From NCBI RefSeq assembly GCF_003334815.1, contig NZ_QOWO01000119.1: DNA of 724 bases. One strand, given 5' to 3'. This stretch comes from Escherichia coli. GTDB lineage: Bacteria > Pseudomonadota > Gammaproteobacteria > Enterobacterales > Enterobacteriaceae. The notes under the pieces were generated by a model that saw nothing but the letters and a program-made list of their open reading frames with translations, had not been told where the DNA came from and searched no databases. Of the stretch, positions 1 to 724 are shown piece after piece. The position numbers and the translations under genes are program-made. How positions within the stretch are numbered: position 1 is the stretch's first letter; the number at the start of each line of letters is the position of its first letter.

Positions 1-724
1 GTAAGTCACTGTGTGGATTATCATAACGGTAGCGGGTGATATCGCCGTCAGGGGCAGTTTCCTGAATCAGACGGCCCAATTCATCATATTCCCGGCGCAA
101 TTCCAGCCCGTCAGGCCCGGTGGCTGACGTTAACTGGTTGTGGTGGTTATAGTAAAACGCCGATGCCCTGCCATCCGGCGTGGTTATGCGCGTGATGAGG
201 CCCGTCACCACATCCGGGCTGTACTCTGTTGTCCTGCCTGCGGCATCCGTCTGTGCCCTGAGCCTGCCCACGGCGTCAAACTGACTCTGCGTGACGCTGC
301 CGTCCGCGTGTTCCTTTTTCACCACCCGCTTCAGCCCGGCTTCGCCCTGCGTGTGCAGCACTTCACGGCGGTCCAGGCTGTCGGTGATGGTGATGCGGTC
401 CTTCTCATACTGATACGTGTAGCTTAAGCCTGCCGGGTTTAGCTGTTCTGTCACCCGCCCGTCGCTGTCGTAACGGTAACGGATTTCCGGCCGGCCCGTG
501 TGACGGTGCGCCACCATCCGGCCCCGGTATTTATCATCGTAAGTAAAGCTGCGCACCTGTTTGCCACTACGGTCATACACCACCGCCAGTTCGCCGCGTG
601 GCGTCCAGCCATAGCGCACCAGCGGCGCGGCAGGTAAATTCTCCGGGTATTCCGGGTCGTGCGTCAGCCACACGGCAGACAGACGGATGCCGTTGTCCCG
701 GCCATATTCGGTGTAACCCGGCAG
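1..724 (-). CDS. Rhs-family / YD-repeat polymorphic-toxin core protein, internal fragment (partial at both ends; enterobacterial RhsA-E-like, paralog not assignable)
   Basis: Reverse-complement frame (codons at + 724-722 ... 4-2; + position 1 is the first base of the next codon) is open for all 241 codons with no stop. Translation: LPGYTEYGRDNGIRLSAVWLTHDPEYPENLPAAPLVRYGWTPRGELAVVYDRSGKQVRSFTYDDKYRGRMVAHRHTGRPEIRYRYDSDGRVTEQLNPAGLSYTYQYEKDRITITDSLDRREVLHTQGEAGLKRVVKKEHADGSVTQSQFDAVGRLRAQTDAAGRTTEYSPDVVTGLITRITTPDGRASAFYYNHHNQLTSATGPDGLELRREYDELGRLIQETAPDGDITRYRYDNPHSDL. It contains recurring YD-repeat signatures (xRYxYDxxGRxxxE/Q) at roughly regular intervals and is rich in R/Y/D/G/T, as expected for Rhs cores. 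Third codon positions are G/C-biased (about 21 of the first 30 codons). The family assignment rests on motif recognition and recollection of E. coli Rhs core sequence, not on a database search. Confidence 0.92.
   Translation of the reverse strand, partial: MPGYTEYGRDNGIRLSAVWLTHDPEYPENLPAAPLVRYGWTPRGELAVVYDRSGKQVRSFTYDDKYRGRMVAHRHTGRPEIRYRYDSDGRVTEQLNPAGLSYTYQYEKDRITITDSLDRREVLHTQGEAGLKRVVKKEHADGSVTQSQFDAVGRLRAQTDAAGRTTEYSPDVVTGLITRITTPDGRASAFYYNHHNQLTSATGPDGLELRREYDELGRLIQETAPDGDITRYRYDNPHSDL

Noticed and set aside
124-153. Promoter-like pair on the + strand: ctgacg (124..129) as a weak -35 and tatagt (148..153) as a -10-like hexamer with an 18-bp spacer
   Set aside because: It sits inside the coding sequence, where the A/T-rich codons for FYYNHHNQL create the -10-like hexamer by chance. 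The -35 match is poor, and it would drive antisense transcription with no credible downstream gene. No evidence beyond weak hexamer resemblance.
140-427. 95-aa ORF on the + strand from the supplied track (GTG start at 140, TAA at 425..427), translating to an Arg/Ala/Cys/His-rich peptide
   Set aside because: It lies entirely antisense to a strongly supported Rhs core CDS. GC-rich coding regions routinely give long stop-free antisense frames. It has no recognisable Shine-Dalgarno sequence upstream, uses a non-ATG start, and its composition is low-complexity with no motif I recognise. Treated as a shadow ORF.
616-623. Near-match to the E. coli Chi recombination hotspot: + strand gcaccagc versus the Chi complement ccaccagc (7 of 8)
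   Set aside because: Chi activity requires the exact octamer GCTGGTGG. This is a one-mismatch chance resemblance in GC-rich sequence.
1-724. Possibility of RNA genes, CRISPR repeats, IS or transposon termini, or an intergenic regulatory region
   Set aside because: A single uninterrupted 241-codon frame with coherent protein motifs covers the entire window. I see no direct repeats with spacers, no inverted terminal repeats, and no tRNA-like or rRNA-like structure.

Overview
The whole 724-bp window lies inside one gene on the minus strand: an internal fragment of an Rhs-family (YD-repeat) polymorphic-toxin core protein. The reverse-complement frame with codons at + coordinates 724-722 down to 4-2 is open for all 241 codons, with no start or stop boundary in the window. 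Its translation carries repeated YD-repeat motifs (e.g. IRYRYDSDGRVTEQ, RREYDELGRLIQE, ITRYRYDN) and, from memory, closely resembles the enterobacterial (E. coli-type) Rhs core; I cannot assign a paralog. GC content is 436/724 = 60.2% by my own count. The only ORF in the supplied track (140..427, +) is antisense to this gene and looks spurious; the real gene is missing from the track, presumably because it is open at both window edges. I see no RNA gene, CRISPR array, mobile-element terminus or intergenic regulatory region. Nothing in this window demonstrates a new system: it is conserved Rhs core, and the variable part of such a locus (C-terminal toxin tip and immunity gene) would lie beyond the left edge.
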